Shown here: piece after piece, positions 62,455 through 64,000 of the stretch
How the letters are laid out: each line of letters starts with the position of its first letter
Position numbering within the stretch: the first letter of the stretch is position 1
NCBI GenBank assembly: GCA_013239625.1
Contig: MU053881.1
Location: 7,957,957 to 8,021,956, forward strand
Direction of reading: 5' to 3'
From: Lama guanicoe
Lineage: Eukaryota
Length of the DNA: 64,000 bases
The notes under the pieces: generated by a model
Databases searched by the model: none
Told to the model about the DNA's origin: nothing
The model's input: the letters and a program-made list of their open reading frames with translations, nothing else
Position numbers and translations under genes: made by a program

Positions 62455-62699
62455 TACGTGGTGCCCTATGGCTCTTAAGATAAAAGTAAACCTTCCCAAT
62501 GTGATACAAAATATCCCATGGTACAAATATCTTGTCCTTTTCTCCGGCATCACTGAACTTGTTGTCAATTCTACCAACCCATCCTGCCTCCTCCCGCTGC
62601 AGCACCGCTGTCCATGCTGTTCCCTCTGCACGGAAGCACTGCTCCCTGACACGTCTTCACTCTGTTCGCAGCTCAAACACCCGGACTGCCTAATTAAGT

Positions 62700-62990
62700 C
62701 CATTTTCTCTAATTTCCTACGACACCCTTTGCTTTTCTTTCAAAGCACTTACGGCTATTACAGTCTTCCATTTAGTTGCATTATTTGATGACTGTTGATT
62801 CGTCTTTGATTAATCCCGGCACTCTCTCTCCCCGCCCGCCTCCCTCCTCATCAGTCCTGCAGGACACAGGGCAGGGTCTGGGGATAGTTTTTGTGTTGAT
62901 TCTGTTTTTGTTTTGTTCTGGTCATCTTTTTACTAAAGCAGTGTCTAGTATGTGGTTGAAACTAAATACAGTATATTTTTTTTAATGAAT
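62700..62990 (+). mobile_element. L2 3' end fragment
   Basis: CTTTCAAAGCACTTA...AGGGCAGGG...AGCAGTGTCTAG...TTTAATGAATGA. Confidence 0.5.
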
Positions 62991-64000
62991 GAGGGACTTT
63001 GCTTCCTCTTGCAGTGGATACCTGAATAATCTTCAGTAATTTATCCCGTTACCTGGGGGTTTCCCCCTCTGCCGGGGCTTCTTTCCAATCAAAGATGCAT
63101 TGGTCCTTGACTGGGTATTTCAACAGTGATAGGGGCAGGCGGGGAGGGGAGGGTTAGTGACTGTCCTTTCTGAAATGAAGATATTCTGAGGGAAAGACGT
63201 TAGGAGATTATCCACTGACTCCTCCTTATACAGGTGAGAAACTAAAGGATTTCAAGGTCAAAGGCTCATTAGCTTACCATCCATCTTTACAGCCCGCACT
63301 GTCAGTTCCTTAGGACACAGACTCTTACCATAAGCCATGCTGCCTGCTGTCAGTCTCAGTGCAACACCCTTCCTGAGTGCAGTGCCCTTTTTGATCTTAC
63401 AGCAAGGTTAACTTCCAGAAACTAATAAAGCTTCATCACCTCTTCCTTTTCCCTCTTGGAATAGCCCCTCTCCAGTATCGTTGTCCACCCCGGGCTAGGC
63501 CCAGTGCCCCTTTCCACTCCAAGGATGCCCAGCGTCTTCTAGAGGATGTCCCTATGCCCATCTTTTCTGATCCAGTATCATCCTCAAAACATACCTGTTC
63601 CATATCCACGATACACTGATTTGTAATTTTGCTGATTCCACTGTCAAACCATCTAGTTGTGTTCCTGGCTTAATATGCAGTTCATCTCAGTAAACGCCCA
63701 CATTCAATCTGGGACCTCCTAGAACTGCTTAGCAGTAGGAACCTAGGACACTCTTACAGACCAGTGTGGGAGCTTTTTACCCAACTTGTGTTAGTTCAGC
63801 CCAGTTCTCAGCAGAAAAAAAAAGAACTAGATTTCACTTCTAAAACAGGAATTTCCCCCAGCCCTGTGTATACTAAAGGCTGCTTCTGCTCATCACAACT
63901 GAACTGACTTGATTTCTCCATCACTTCCCGTCTATACATGGACTGAAAGCTAACTCTTGAGTGGTATTGAGCCCATCCAAGTTTCAAGAAGTCATACAGC

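Noticed and set aside
21735-63857. NF-kB-like sites (21735, 39124, 42088, 61387, 63056, 63848)
   Set aside because: GGGRNNYYCC is expected roughly 15 times by chance on two strands of 64 kb. The sites are dispersed, so there is no evidence of enrichment.
1-64000. Assigning a host or neighbouring gene, or a miRNA/snoRNA
   Set aside because: I recognised no exon, pre-miRNA or snoRNA, and motif content alone cannot identify the locus. A BLAST or synteny search of the unique segments is needed.

Overview
Mammalian, repeat-rich, apparently non-coding DNA (intergenic or deep intronic) from a draft assembly with five N-gaps. Three copies of a tRNA-derived SINE with an AATAAACCTAATTACCTCCCC-type tail resemble the camelid Vic-1 family, suggesting a camel, alpaca or llama genome; this rests on my recognition of the repeat, not a database search. 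I found no protein-coding exon, RNA gene or miRNA that I can name. The six-frame ORFs look like chance ORFs, except a degenerate LINE-1 ORF2 C-terminal remnant near 54.9 kb. The window holds 5'-truncated L1 tails (several with target-site duplications, TSDs), old L1M, L2 and MIR elements, MaLR LTRs, hAT-Charlie and Tigger MITEs, and microsatellites. Repeat family names come from recalled consensus sequences and boundaries are approximate unless a TSD is given. Unique sequence contains candidate regulatory modules: an inverted HRE pair with bZIP and ETS sites at 47.1 kb; a CLEAR palindrome and clustered AhR XRE cores at 28.6-29.2 kb; a CCAAT/GC-box/IRF/AP-1 module at 30 kb; a CTCF motif at 34.6 kb; and a gap-interrupted CpG island at 43.2-43.9 kb. 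Structural oddities include a 43-bp duplication with a templated inverted insert, a Tigger MITE carrying MIR-like cargo, an internally deleted L1 tail with TSDs, and a 58-bp Z-DNA-type tract. I see no evidence for a new multi-gene biological system. The best hypothesis is a stress-responsive (bHLH/bHLH-PAS) enhancer landscape of an unidentified neighbouring gene.
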